64,000 bases of DNA from Hypanus sabinus (GCF_030144855.1 NC_082714.1:41106001-41170000), one strand, 5' to 3'; positions 13,105-26,198 are shown, numbered from the stretch's first letter. The notes: a model not told the origin generated them from the sequence alone. Made by a program: numbers and translations.

Positions 13105-14675
13105 CATCAGGAAGGGTGCACAAGGCTGTGTGCTTAATCCCCTGCTCTACTCACTTTATTCTTATGACTGTGAGGCTCAGCCTTTGTTCCAATGCCAAAT
13201 TTAAGTTTACTATGACAACACTGTTGTTGGCTGAATCAAAGGTGGTGACGAATCAACATACAGGAGGGAGACTGAAAATCTGGCCCCGTGGTGCCACAAC
13301 AACCTCTCACTCAATGTCAGCAAGACCAAGGGGCTGATTATTGTCTTCAGGGGGAGGAAACTGGAAGTACATGAACCTCATCAGGGGACCAGAGGTAGAG
13401 TGGGTTGGCAACTTTAAATTCCTTGGTGTTATCCTTTCAGCAGATCTGTCCAGGGTCCAGTAATTAAGTGCCATTACAAAGAAAGCATGGCAGTGCCTCT
13501 AACTTAGAAGTCTGCGAAAATTTGGCATGTCATCTAAAACTTTTTTTTGAGCTGAAGGATTTTATTTTTATTTTTTTTTAAGTATGACATGCAGATCTCT
13601 TAATGCTTCTTGCTGGCTGCTGCAACCTGCCCAGCGATCTGATCCAAGTCTCTCTGTCCCTGTGGAGTCAGCCTCCCACTCCCATTGGGATCTTTTTCCA
13701 CCATCTTCAACCCGAGTGCCTGTAGCACTTTCTAAGCGACGGACTTGGAGCCAAGGCTGAAGTGGCTAGGCTTCACGCCGTTATGCTGGTGGCCCCCGTA
13801 GATCTTGGTCATGGTCCCCATGCCAACGCCGCCCCTCAGGGACAGGTGACGGACTGTGGAGGCAACTCGGGCGTAGAACCAGTTTTCGTTGTAAGGAGTC
13901 AGCTCCTTGTGTTTACCCAGTTTCACAGTGTCAACCCAGTCGGGGAGCTTCAGTTTCCAAACCTTCAGAAAGGCTCCCAGGGCCCGAACAAACTCCTGCT
14001 GGTTCACGTCCTTCATCATGACAGCCGCCAAATTCATTCCCTGGGCTCTGCGTGCAGAAAGCTCTAAAACTTTGACAAACTCCTATAGGTGTGTGGTGGG
14101 GAGTATACTAACTGGTTGCATCATGGCCTGGTTTGGAAACCCCCAACGCCCTTGCATGGAAAAACCTCCATAAAGTAGTGGATATGGCCCAGCCCATCAC
14201 GGATAAAGCTCTCCTCATCACTGAGCACACCTACACGGAGCACTGTAATAGGGAAGCAGCTTCCACCATCAAGGACATTCACCACCCAGACTTCTTCTCG
14301 TCACTGCCGTCAGGAAGAGCGTTCAGGAGCTGCTCCACTAGGTGCAAGAACACTGTTTACCCCTCAACCATAAGGCTCTTGAACCAGAGAGGATAATTTC
14401 ACTCACCCCTTCACTAAACTGTTCCCACAACCTATGGACTCACTTTCAAGGATCTTCATCTCACATTCTCGATATTTATTATTTATTTGTTTTCTCTTTT
14501 TATATTTGCAGTTTGTTGGGGTTTTCTGCACATTGGTTGTTTGTCCTATTTGTTGCAATCTTTCATTGATTCTATTGTGTTTCTTGTATTTACTGTGATT
14601 TTATGCAAGAAAATCTCAGGGTTGTTTATGGTGACATACATGTACTTTGATAACAAAATTACTTTGAAATTTGAT
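13105..14675 (+). mobile_element. Rex1/Babar LINE 3' fragment interrupted by the RPS19 retrocopy
   Basis: RT remnants (ggctgtgtgctta, NVSKTK, FKFLGV) at 13105-13543 resume at 14063; tail ttactttgaaatttga. Confidence 0.85.
13544..14062 (-). pseudogene. RPS19: Processed pseudogene of 40S ribosomal protein S19 (eS19)
   Basis: Intronless [17 protein letters not shown]...[15 protein letters not shown]...[11 protein letters not shown] (stop 13600-13602); premature TAG at 13732; AATAAA at 13561-13566; poly(A) 13541-13548; 11-bp TSD TCTAAAACTTT. Confidence 0.95.
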
Positions 14676-15869
14676 CTAATAGTCTTGAATATCTTTTAAC
14701 TAGACGGTGCTGTAGGTATTGTGGACTATTCTATCATACACATTCAATTCACAACTTAAAAACAAATTTGTTTTCACTTCACTAATTCTGATAAAGAAAT
14801 CTGGATTAAGAACATTAGTTCTATGTCTCTCTCTCTATAGGGAATGCTGCCTGATCTGCTACATGCTGCCAATATTTTGTTTTTATTTCAGGTTTGTAGC
14901 ATGTGTAGTTTTTATTTGATATCAGGAGTGGAGATATTATTGAAACTGTCTCTTCTATTACCTCTAATTGTCTATTGCTACTATATATAGTACGACTACA
15001 AGGCTTTGGAGTGGGATTACACACCACAACCTGCTGGTTGTTGTTTTTGCCGTTTTGCACACATGTAGTTCTGTGTTGTAGCTTTGGCCTCATCCTCAGT
15101 TACATCTGCAGCTGCCCGCAGTGTACTCTTCTGCACTTCCTCATGGTGTTGATCTACTGGCTTGATTGGCATAACATGTTTAATACACCGGACCATGAAG
15201 TTATAGATGATGTAGTACATTTCTATTCCTACTGATAGTTCTTATCGCCTCACATGCCATATCTGTCTGAACCTATGCCAACTAGTATGATAACACTGCC
15301 AATACATGGAACCTGTACAGAAGGATAGTGCAATGGTCACTGCTAGCAATGCCAGCACGGAGAGATGAATCAGTCATTGGTAGAATGAAGGTCAGGCTTC
15401 TCTCTCAGCCCAGATCTCTCAACTTTTCATAGACAATTAATCAATTCGTAGCAGTGATGATAGTAAGCAGACTTAGATATGGACATTGAACTCAAACAGC
15501 TTGCGTGCACTGAACTCTTACTACGTTCAATGTTTCCTCCACACGTTCAAGCAAATTGTATCGTCCAATGAGGTGGTGTAAGGCAACAGGATCAATCTTG
15601 AGAATGATTCCTGGGTTTCCATCTTTCTTTTTATAAATAAAAAAGGTAACACTTAAGTCATACAGCACAGAAATAGGTCGTTCAGACCTCTACATCCATG
15701 CCGAACTTTTTGCTTAACTACCATTGAGAGGTCTAATGTTATTTACTCACAATGGTCAGAAAGGCGTTGGTGTTTAAAAAGACCCAGGTACACTTTTTTC
15801 CCTGCTTGGGAACAGTGGCGTGTTGAAAGAGGAGCTGTAAAGGGTGGGAGGTATGACAGGAGGGGAAGT

Positions 15870-16921
15870 CTGTGGGCGGGGAAGGGAAGGGCCTCCAGGC
15901 CCGGCTCTGCCTTGCGTGTCGAGGCTGGTACTTACTGTCCATGCCCGGGAAAGGCAGCGGCTGAGCCCCCAGCTGCTGCTCCACCGCCATCTCCAGCTCA
16001 AACCTGATGTGCTCCACATTGGAAATGAGCTCCTGCATCTTGCGCCGCTGCCTCTCCGGCCCGAGATTCAAACGCTAAGACCGCCTCAGCACCGAGCCCG
16101 GGAACAGAGCAACCCGCCCCTTGACCCCTCACCCCAACAAAGAGTCGTCGGCGGCGCAAGAGTCGTCCCTCCCGGCGGTGACTGGAGCGCCCCCTCAACC
16201 CAGGAGGACCGCAGCCACCCGAGGGCGAACGGGTGGGTTTAGATGGCTGGACTGGGAAAGGCTTCACAGCACCTTAGAACTTAAATGGGGAAACAATTGG
16301 AAGTGAAATTTTAGCGACAATATTTCAATTATTTATGCTACAGCTTTCATACTTCAGGAAGAAAATGCTTCTATGCTTTCCTGTTACACATTCTCTTACT
16401 CTGTGTCCTTCAGTTGATTTCTCTCGTTATGCCTGTTTGTCTCGTCTCATAACGAATCTAGAATTTAACCACAAAAGCTAAATTTTCCAGGTTTCGCATG
16501 AACTGTAGTGACTACACCAACCTTGCGGAGAGGTGTGCTGGCGCTGTATGACAGAGTTTATAAACTAACCTGACAGGAGAATGAGGCATGGTAAGGAACT
16601 GCCAAATATGAAGAACAATAAGTGCTGGCCACACCGGTAACACAAAACCCGAAAACGTGAACGAGGGAATACATTTGTTTATGAGGCTAGGAATACATGT
16701 ATTGTTGCTGTGGAGATGTATTCAGTTTAATTGATTGATGAGAACTCTATTACTCGGCAATCCACCACATTGGTCCCGTTGTCCTCAAAGACTAACGAGA
16801 CCATTGACCAATCAATGCCTGGATTCTGAGACAGACGCCCGGCTGTTCGAGAACGGTGACCAATCGCAGTCCTTGTAGGCGGGATCTATATAAACCGGAA
16901 GCACATGGGGAGAAGGTACGT
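15870..16921. promoter_or_regulatory. CpG-rich bidirectional promoter region for CPSF4 and PTCD1
   Basis: CpG-dense 15870-16260; inverted TGTAGT-g-ACTACA at 16504-16516; CCAAT boxes at 16769-16773 (reverse), 16808-16812, 16860-16864; TATATAAA at 16887-16894; ETS CCGGAAG at 16895-16901; candidate donors at 16591 and 16916. Confidence 0.7.
15936..16038 (-). CDS. CPSF4: CPSF4 coding exon 1 (MQELISNVEHIRFELEMAVEQQLGAQPLPFPGMD)
   Basis: ATG at 16038-16036, gtaagt donor; 103 nt; matches CPSF4 N-terminus; lies in CpG-rich DNA. Confidence 0.97.
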
Positions 16922-17439
16922 TGTTAGGAGCATTTTAGAACTATAATGATCTCCTAGAATTTTCTATGTCCTGTTTGTTCTCTTATCGAGATTACAGTTG
17001 GTGCAATGATTACCTTGCACTCAATGTTGTATGTAGGTGCGGATCACGTCCTTCTCTGCAGTCGTTTCTGGTGTGGGAACTGCACATAGCAAATGTTCAG
17101 TGAAGACTATCATACCAACAGAGGGCCAGAACTGAAATGAATAGCTCTGCTGTAAATTTATGAAAATTATACACTTTGAGAGTGCAAAACATTTCATAAT
17201 GTCAAGTAAGTTACACTGCAGATTCTGGAATCTGAAGCATAAACTAGAAACGCTACTCAGCCCATCGAATAGCATCTGTGGAAAGAGAAAACAGTTAACA
17301 TTCTTCAGGACTGAAGAAAACCCATGTCTCTTTTCACAATGCTGTTGACTTGATAAATTGTTTTTCTGTATAATTACAATGTCATTTGCATCTTCAGTTT
17401 GAAGTCTTAAACAATTGAACGTTTCAAAACTCAGGCTGA

Positions 17440-17940
17440 ACCAGAATCAGGTTTATGATTGCTGACGATGTCGTGCATTTTGTTGTTTTTGTGGCAGCAG
17501 TACAGTGCAAGATATGAAAAACTGCTACGTTTCAATTTTTTTTAAAGTGCAAAGAGGAATAATGAGGTAGCCTTCATGGATTGTTCAGAAATCCCATAGT
17601 AGAGGGGAAGAAGCTGTTTCTAAAATGTTGAGTGTGCACCTTCAGGCTCCTGTTCCTCATCTCTGATGGTAGTAATCAGAAGTCGGCATGTCCTGGATGG
17701 TGAGAGTCCTTAATGATGGACGCTGTATTCTTGAGGCACTGCCTTTTGATTAAGTCCTTGATGGTGGAGCTAGTGCCCATGATGCAGCTGCCTGAGTTGA
17801 CAACCCATGGCAGCCTCTTCCAATCCAGGGCATTGGAGCCTCCATACCAGGGGATGATGCTCTCCAGGGCACCCTATGGAAATTTGCTCTTTGGTGACAT
17901 ACCGAATCTCCTCAAATTCCAAATGAAGTATATCATTGTT
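17440..17940 (-). mobile_element. Degraded Rex1-type LINE 3' fragment
   Basis: Reverse-complement 3' UTR and tail (gaatcaggtttat); ggaagaagctgttt...gttgagtgtg similar to other copies in the window. Confidence 0.7.
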
Positions 17941-18737
17941 TAATAAGGGAAATAGGGACACAACAGGTAGTTTACCTTTGATTGTAGGCAAATTATTGGA
18001 ATCCATTGAATAAACATTTTATAAAAGTGGAACTTAATTTGACAAGTCAGAACGGATTTGTTAAGGGAAGGATTTCCTAACTTGATTTAAGTCTCAGAGG
18101 TAACAAAAAAGCTTGATGAGGACAGTGTATTTTATGTAATCTATCGCAGGCTTAGCAAGCCTCTTGTTAAAATCCACATGGCAGGCTGATACATATATTT
18201 TTTTAGAAAGCCCAAGAGATCTGGGGGTCCATTCAAACAAGGAACAAATTAGATGAAAAACTGGCTGCCTTGCAGGAAGCTGAGCATAAATGGTTGTTTC
18301 CTGTTGTTACTGATGAAGTTCACAGATCTCAGATCAATTTGTTTCCCTTTATAAAATAGATTAATGATTTCATTCTAAGTTTAGCAGACTTGAGAAAGAA
18401 GTTTGTGGTGCTTACAAAAACATGCTGTGTGATGGACGGAGAAAGGGAAAATCAGACTGTATGATAATATAAATGGAGTGGTTAGTTGGCAGGAAAATAT
18501 AAACAAATGGAATTTGCTGGAGACCTGAAGTGATAACATAAAATGGTGAAGACCACTATGAGACTTCAAAATACTCCATTTGGTTCAACTGCCACCTCCA
18601 GCAAATCTCATAACATATATTTTATTTTTCTTTTTTATTATTATTTTTATTTCTGTACTGATTTTATTCTCACTTGAAGCTTAACAGAAACTTACCTTCT
18701 GGAGAATCCAGACTGAATCAGGAGGAATTTGCAAAAC

Positions 18738-19202
18738 ATGATTTGGCCTAAATTTTTGCAGCTTCGGTACATCCCCTTGCAATGCCATTCTTTTCTGCAT
18801 TCAGCAAGTCATGTCCAGTTGAAACACTTCAATATTCTTGCGAGGATCAGTCCTGTGAGAACCTTGTCCCGTGAAAGGAACCTGCTGTCTGCACCCTGCA
18901 GGTCCATCACAGTCAACGGCTCGGAGAATGGCGTGCAGGACCATGCTGCGCCCGGGCAGAAAGCGCTGCTCGCCTCCGCAGAGGATAAAGATGACTTGGA
19001 AGGCTTTGGAGCACAAGGAAAGTTCTATTCTGCCAGGAGAATTTTCCGTAAAACCTCTTCACAGATGCAGGATTCCAAATACAATGATACTGAGGATCAG
19101 GATGAGGAAGTTGAAACTCCTAAAGTGAGGCGGAAGCTGGGTCGAAGGAATACTACCTACTGGTACTTCCTACAATGTAAAAAACTCATCAAGGAAGATA
19201 AG
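18738..19202 (+). CDS. PTCD1: PTCD1 first coding exon (putative mitochondrial presequence ... GRRNTTYWYFLQCKKLIKEDK)
   Basis: ATG at 18738; likely acceptor ttaacag at 18681-18687; conserved YSARRIFRK and NTxYWYFLQCK motifs; donor at 19203. Confidence 0.9.
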
Positions 19203-19984
19203 GTTTGAAATGTTACTATACGTTTTTTCTGGTTTTACTAACGCTAATTTGTTACAAAAGAACACAGAGTCAACAGATTATAACAATCAAACTCCAGGCT
19301 TTTAGATACACAGGGCAACAATCACTTCATAATGCATGGGATAGACCCTGCAGCACATGATTTTTCAGCTTTCCTCCCCATAGAATTGCCTACAAATGTG
19401 TCATTAAATTCAGCCTCTCCATTTCCCCCCACATAAGGAACTCCGACACCTTCTGCTCAGCCGCTCAAGATCATTGCAGCAGGGCAGGCCAAGATCATTT
19501 TAGAAAATAGGCAGAAAAGAAGATTTGTGTAAAGGGAACACTTCATTAAAAGGATCCAGTTTCCCTTTGAAAGATTCTAGAACTGTCTTGAATGCTTGTG
19601 TATTTGAGGTGTTGCTTTAGGATACAATGCTACCAATCCAATACTAAGTACAAAGAAGTACAAATGACTGTTCAAGGGATGGTAGAAGAACGATGGGAGC
19701 ATTTGTTAAATTTTGAATCCCAGTGGAATGCATGCCAAAAATGGTGTTAATGTTTGTGAATTCAGGAGTCACAGAATAGTTGGGCTGTGGGTAGGGACCA
19801 ATTGGTCCAGAGCCTTCAAACAAGCCTTTTAAAGTCCTGAATTCCCCAAATGATTTGCAGCTGGCTTGTATCTGGACAGGTGACTTGGCTTACCTGGAGC
19901 AGAAGTTATGTTTTTATAGAATCAGATCTGTAAGACGTTTCACTGATCTGAGTGGAACCTTTATGAATATGAAACCCAATTAAA

Positions 19985-20190
19985 ACTGAAAATGCTGGAA
20001 ACACTCATCAGGAAACACACGTCTTCTCTAGAAAGAGAACCAGAATGAATCTCGCACCAATTTCTGTCAAAGGGTCTTGAACCTGAAACATTAACCGTTT
20101 CCCTTCCACAGAAGCTGCCTGACCTGCTGAGTATTTTGAACAGTCTCTGTTTATGTCAGGTTTCTAGCATCCGCAGATTTTTAATTTTCC
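19985..20190. mobile_element. Old Penelope-terminus-derived inverted element
   Basis: aaatgctggaaacactc... followed by gctgcctgacctgctgagtatt...ctagcatccgcag; degenerate gggtctt...ctgaaac. Confidence 0.55.
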
Positions 20191-20992
20191 TCACCCCTAG
20201 TTATTTATCCTTTACTCTTTTTACAAAGGCATCTAGGCAAGTACAGCAGGGGAATTACTCTCATTGTACTAACTGAGCAAATTATCATTCAATAAACATT
20301 AGTACAAAAAATCTGTTGAGTGCTACACTGGTGTTTGTAGACAGTTGGGTGCAGCTGTCCACTACATTTGTTCATTGCAACAGTTGCTTTGCTTCTGAAA
20401 TACTTCATTGGGTGTCTGATACTTTGGAATGTCAGAGGGGGATTGAAAGACACTAGCTCCACAAGTCTCTCTTTAATTTGAAATGCATCCAGTTATATTT
20501 TTGTCTCGCTGGGTTCCTGAACAACATTTCTGAATGATTATAATCCTGAGTGGGAAATAATGGTTGTCCAGACTTCCTTTGTACTTTATTATTTGGTGGC
20601 AGTTAATCTAGATCAAATCTCAAGTCTCATTGTAATGGGAAAAATTGCTTGTTCAAGACAGGGTACTTTTCCAACAAGAGGAGGTATAGCTTCTGAGATA
20701 TTTCCTCACAACTAGGACTCCGAATGGTCTTTGCAGATAGGATACTACACCCTTTCATGCACACAGGTTTGGCTGCAAGAACTGAACACCGGTCTAGAGA
20801 CTAATCTAGTATACCCGATGACAGTATCTCCTGTTTTGAATGCTAATGTCTGCAGTCAACATACTTTAAACTTGCATTGATCTCATGTGTATGCCTGTCA
20901 GGTTGTTTACTTATAACCTTTTCTTGGTTAGTACATTGTTTGTTCCAGCACTTAATGAGAATGCTCACAATGATATTTTTCCTGCATTCTAG

Positions 20993-21133
20993 TTAGCCGA
21001 GGCCCTGGACCTGTTTGAGACTCGGATGATGAAGGAAGAGCAGCTCTTTCCGGAAGAATACAATTACACAGTGTTGATAGGGGGATGTGGAAGAGCAGGT
21101 TATTTGAAGAAAGCCTTTAATCTCTATAACGAC
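20993..21133 (+). CDS. PTCD1: PTCD1 coding exon 2 ([47 protein letters not shown])
   Basis: 141 nt, ttctag/gtgagt, PPR motif; not in the ORF track. Confidence 0.96.
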
Positions 21134-21419
21134 GTGAGTAGCAGAGACTGAACAAATATGTTAGTGAACTTTATACTAACCATTTCTTTGTATGAAGGAA
21201 GAGATTTTAAAAGAACCACTGTTGCTTCATTGGTGAATAATTCTTACAAACTTGAAATGCATCAACACTCACATATTTCTGCTTTATGGGTCTGAGGTTT
21301 CATGCTGCCCACCTTTGCCCCTCATGAAATTGAAGATCCAGTCAGTAGTATTCAATGTAGAACAGTCTGACTTTTGAACTTTCAGGTTCCAGCTGTGTAT
21401 CTTGAGGACTTATCCAATT

Positions 21420-21850
21420 TAAGTCAAGTTGAGTTCTTGTCATATTCACAAGGAATTGTTTGCACAGGTGCAATGAAAAACTTACCTGCAGTAGTACTGC
21501 AGGAACATAACGTTAGAGACACAACATTTACAGGAAGGACATAAATTAAGTATAAATTATCCAAGCAACAACACAATTAGAATTTTTGAAAAGGCAATGC
21601 ACTCTTGTTGTGCAATGTGGTCATAGTGTAGGGATACTGAGGTGAGGATTGGATTTATGTCACTCAGAGGAAGAACCAAGTGGTTGAAGGGAAGTAGCTG
21701 TCCTTGAATCTGGTGGTGTGGGGCTTCAGGCTACTGTCCCACCTGTCTAATGGTGGCTGTGAGAAAAAGGCATGGCCTGGATGATGTTGACTTTTAATGC
21801 TGAGGCAATGTCTCATGCAGGTACTTTTTAACAGTGGAGAGGGATGTGGG
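21420..21850 (-). mobile_element. Rex1-type LINE 3' fragment
   Basis: Minus ORF HPGHAFFSQPPLDRWDSSLKPHTTRFKDSYFP, typical of the Rex1 ORF C-terminus. Confidence 0.7.
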
Positions 21851-22181
21851 ACAACACAACCAGTCAGGCAGGATATTTTCAACGATTCAACGATGTGCTG
21901 TTAACAAAAGCACATCAAATGAAGCTTGTCAAGAGCAAATGGCCGTCACCATTGGACCTTTATCTTAGTCATTCATTCAAGCCCCAAAATCTGCTTTTCT
22001 CTTTAAATTTCTCCTTGTTTTCAAAAAATGTTATTTAATTATTTTCCTTGAAGGATTTTGATCCAGCCAGTCAATGCATGTTCCTCTGTTGGCTCCGTGT
22101 CTGCTTTAAGCAGGTTACCAACGCTCTATCATGACAAGGATTTGTTAAGATTTGAAATATGGTTAACATTTTTCTGTGCAG

Positions 22182-22400
22182 ATGAAGAAGAGAGGACTGA
22201 CTCCCTCTGTCGCAACCTACACTGCTCTATTCAATGCTTGTGCAGAATCCCCATGGAAAGACACGGGCCTTCAGTTTGCCGCGAAGCTTCGCGAAGAATT
22301 AAGGAGCAAGAATATCCGCATGAACCTTATCGGTTACCACGCCATGCTGAAGGCATATGCTATCTGCTCCGATATGAGGGCTTGTTTTAATGTGGTCAGG
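22182..22400 (+). CDS. PTCD1: PTCD1 coding exon 3 ([25 protein letters not shown]...ACFNVVR)
   Basis: 219 nt, tgcag/gtaagc, PPR repeats. Confidence 0.97.
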
Positions 22401-22504
22401 GTAAGCACTTGCACAAGATGCTGACGCATACTGTCATGATTACCAATTAAAATGTTCTAGACCACTCCACACTGTGTAGAAGTCATTGTCACCACCTGTT
22501 CAGG

Positions 22505-24848
22505 ATATATAAGAAATAGGAGCAGGAGTAGGCCATCTGGCCCATTGAGCCTGCCCCGCCATTCAATAAGATCATGGCTGATCTGTCCGTAAACTCAGCT
22601 CCATCTACCTGCCTTTTCCCCATAACCTTTAATTCCCCTACTATGTAAAAACCTATCTAACTGTATCTTAAATATATTTAGCGAAGAAGCCTCTACTGCT
22701 TTCCTGGGCAGAAAATTCCACAGATTCATCACTCTCTGGGAAAAACAGTTTCTCCTCATCTCCATCCTAAATCTTCTCCCCTGAATCTCGAGGCAATACC
22801 CCCTAGTTCTAGTCTCACCCACCAATGGAAACAACTTTTCTACTTCTATTTTATCTATCCTTTTCAAAATTTTGTATGTTTCTATAAGATCCCCTTTCAT
22901 TCTTCTGAATTCCAGAGAGTATAGTCCCAGATGACTCAATCTCTCCTCATAAGTTAACCCCTTCATCTCTGGAATCAACCTGGTGAACCTCCTCTGCACT
23001 GCCTCCAAAGCCAGTATATCCTTTCTCATGGAGACCAGAACTGCAGACAGTACTCCAGGTGCGGCCTCACCAGTACCCTATATAGTTGCAGGATGGCCTC
23101 CCTGCTCTTGAATTCAATCCCTCTGGCAATGAAGTCCAACGTTCCGTTTGCCTTCTTAATAACCTGTTGTACCTGCAAGCCAACTTTTTGCAATTCATGC
23201 AGAAGCACTCCCAGGTCCCTCTGCACAACAGCATGCTGCAATCTTTCACCATTTAAATAATAATCTGCTCTTCTATTATTCCTTCCAAAGTGGATGATCT
23301 TGCATTTACCAACATTGTATTCCATCTGCCAGACCTTGGCCGATTCATTGAGCCTATCTATATCCCTCTGCAGACTCTCCACATCCTTTGCACAATTTGC
23401 TTTTCCACTCAGTTTAGTGTCATCAGCAAATTTTGCTAAACTCAGTCCCCTCTTCAAAATCATCAATGTAAATGGTAAACAGCTGCGGGCCCAGCACGGA
23501 CCCTTGCAGCACCCCACTCACCACTGACTGCCAACTGGAGAAACACCCATTTATACCAACTCTGTCTTCTATTGGTTAACCAATTCACTATCCATGCCAA
23601 TACACTTCCTCCGACTCCATGCATCCGTACCTTATTTATAAGACTCTTGTGCGGCACCTTATCGAACGCCTTCTGGAAATCCAAGAATACAACATCCACC
23701 TGTTCCCTCTATCCACTGCACTCATTATGTCCTCAAAGAACTCCAGTAAGTTTGTCAAACAGGACCTGCCCCTTCTGAATCCATGCTGCGTCTGTCTAGT
23801 GGAACCATTCCTTTCTAAATGTTTTGATATTTCTTCCTTAATGACAACTCCAAGCATTTTCCCAACTACAGATGTTAAGCTAACTGGCCTACAGTTGTCC
23901 ATCTTTTGCCTCCATCCTTTTTTAAAAAGTGATGTGACACTTGCTGTCTTCCAATCTGCCGGGAGCTGCCCAGAGTCTAGAGAATTTTGGTAAATGATTA
24001 CCAACGTGTCTTCTATAACCTCCGCCAATTCCGTCAGTACCCTGGGATGCATCCCATCAGGACCTCCACCATGAAGACTGACACAAAATAGTCATTCAAT
24101 GACTCAGCCATTTCCTTATCACCCAATATCAATTTCCCCTCTCATTTTCCAAGGGACCTACATTGACTTTAGCCACCCTCTTCCGCTTTACATATAAAAA
24201 ATTTTCGCTATCTTTTTATATTTTGTGCTAATTTACTTTCATACTCTATCTTCCCTTTCCTTATTTCTTGTTTAGTTGTTCCTTGTTGCTTTTTAGTTTT
24301 CCCAATCCTCCAGTCTCTCACTACTCTTAGCGACTTTGTACATATGAGCTTTTAATTTGATACTACCTTTTATTTCCTTGGTTATCCAAGGCTGGCTCTC
24401 CCCACACTTACTGTCCTTACTTTTGACTGGAATATACTTTTGTTGAACACTGTGAAAAACCTCTTTGAAAGTATTCCACTGTTCTTTAACTGTCCTACCA
24501 AATAGCCTGTGCTCCCAATCCACATTAGCCAACTCCTCCCTCATCCTATTGCTATCTCCCTCGTTCAAGCTTTAGATCTAACTATTTCATCCGCCATCTG
24601 TTGCGAAATTCAATCATACTATTATCACTCTTTCCAAGAGGATCCCTGACTACAAGATCATTAATTTTACCTGTCTCATTGAACAGGACTAAATCTAAGA
24701 TAGCATTTTTCCTTGTAGGTTCACTAACATGCTGCTCAAAAAAGCCATCACGAATGCATTCTATGAAGCCCTTCTCAAGACTTCCTTGACCAACCTGATT
24801 TACTCAATCTATGTGGAAGTTAAAATGCCCCATGACAACTGCCATTCT
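22505..24848 (-). mobile_element. CR1-clade LINE, 5'-truncated, frameshifted
   Basis: [33 protein letters not shown] motifs; HER1/CR1-like 3' end (ataagaaataggagcaggagtaggccat on +). Confidence 0.92.
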
Positions 24849-25795
24849 GGAGAGGTTAGTTATCATCAGCCTCCATAAAGCCTTTTAATGACAGATCTCT
24901 TGGCTGTTTCTGAAAAGACTTAAGAGGTAGAGATCATGGTTAAAATATTTAATTCTCCAGTGTAATTGTTAGGAAGTACATATATACTGACATCTATGCA
25001 GCTCTTAACACAATCTTAAAGCTTGTCAGCTAACAAGAGAGTTACAGATGTGATAAACTTCTGAACATGATGCAAACGCCAGCCTATTATTAGGACCGAA
25101 TAGCATTTCTCACACTTAACAATTCTTTAATTATTCCTATAAGAACGAGTCTTGCTTTGTTATTTGTATGAAACGCTTTATTGTGTTTAATGTATAGGAT
25201 TTTGTAAACAGTAGGTTGTATTCAACTGATTTATTATAATTCTTGGTACAATATTGTATGTATGAATTTATTAAATTGAATAGTACACAATATAGAATCA
25301 TTTCACCTCGTGCATCCTTTGCCTCTGACTGCAAATCCAATGTAGCTGTACGTTATAGGTAATACAAGGAAACTTCATTTTCTTCTCTGTTTCCTGCAGT
25401 CTTTGAGCTTGTGAGATGAGCTGCAGCATCAGGTAGAGTCTACACTCTGAAATTTAACCCTCACTCCTCCGGCTTTCCACCTCCCTGCATTTCTGGAGAC
25501 CCTCTTTAAAGCACATTTCCTTGACCAGGTTTTTAAAGAGCCTTCCCAATGTCCTTCAGCTCATTTTGTTTTCTTTATACCTTTGGGATATTTATCTTTG
25601 TTAAAGGAGTATTATGTTAATGAAAGTTTTTGTTTAATACAAATACAATGATGATAAAGTTATGCTAAATATTAGTTCATTGGAAGATTGTGGTGAACAT
25701 AAACTAAGGTGCATCAGGACCAAGAAGATAAAATAATGAAGAGGGACTTGTAAAACAGGTATTTCTGTCTAGAATAGCAAAGTTTAAGAGGTTTT

Positions 25796-26198
25796 GTGGG
25801 GTGGCAGGGTGGAGAAACGTCTCTGCCAAAGGAGGTGTAAGGTGCTCCTTCCCTCCGCTAACCTGCAGGTCACCCTTGGGCAAGGTGTAGCACCTGCTTA
25901 GCCCCTCCCCCCCCCCCCCCCCCCCCCCCCCCCGATCGGGGTTAGGTGAAGCCATGTGAGCAGGTGTTGGATGGTCGTACGAGCAGTGGTGCAGATCACA
26001 ATTCCTGGTTATGCAACCACTGACACCAGGCAGACAGTCTGAGGAGTATTGATACTGGCTGGGGCCACCCGTCTTGTAAAGACACTGCCCAGAAAATGGT
26101 AACGGTAAACCACTTCTGTAGAAAAATGTGCCAAGTACAGTCATGGTCATAGAAAGACCATGGTGGCCTAAGTCATACAACACGGCACATAACGAACG
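25796..26198 (+). mobile_element. About 400-bp non-autonomous RTE-derived retroposon with 10-bp TSD
   Basis: TSD AAGAGGTTTT at 25786-25795 and 26199-26208; RTE-like ggtaaaccacttctgtag...gccaag motif; acggcacat-aacgaacg tail. Confidence 0.75.

Noticed and set aside
13732-14037. 101-aa RPS19-like ORF as a functional gene
   Set aside because: Probable original start appears mutated, indels near KVWKLK, premature TAG, and poly(A)/TSD hallmarks of a retrocopy
15844-16306. Several 60-130 aa ORFs overlapping CPSF4 exon 1
   Set aside because: By-products of GC-rich, stop-poor CpG island DNA; only the MQELIS... frame is a recognisable protein
25704-26183. 159-aa ORF with a poly-Gly run
   Set aside because: Antisense reading of the RTE-derived retroposon and its C-run
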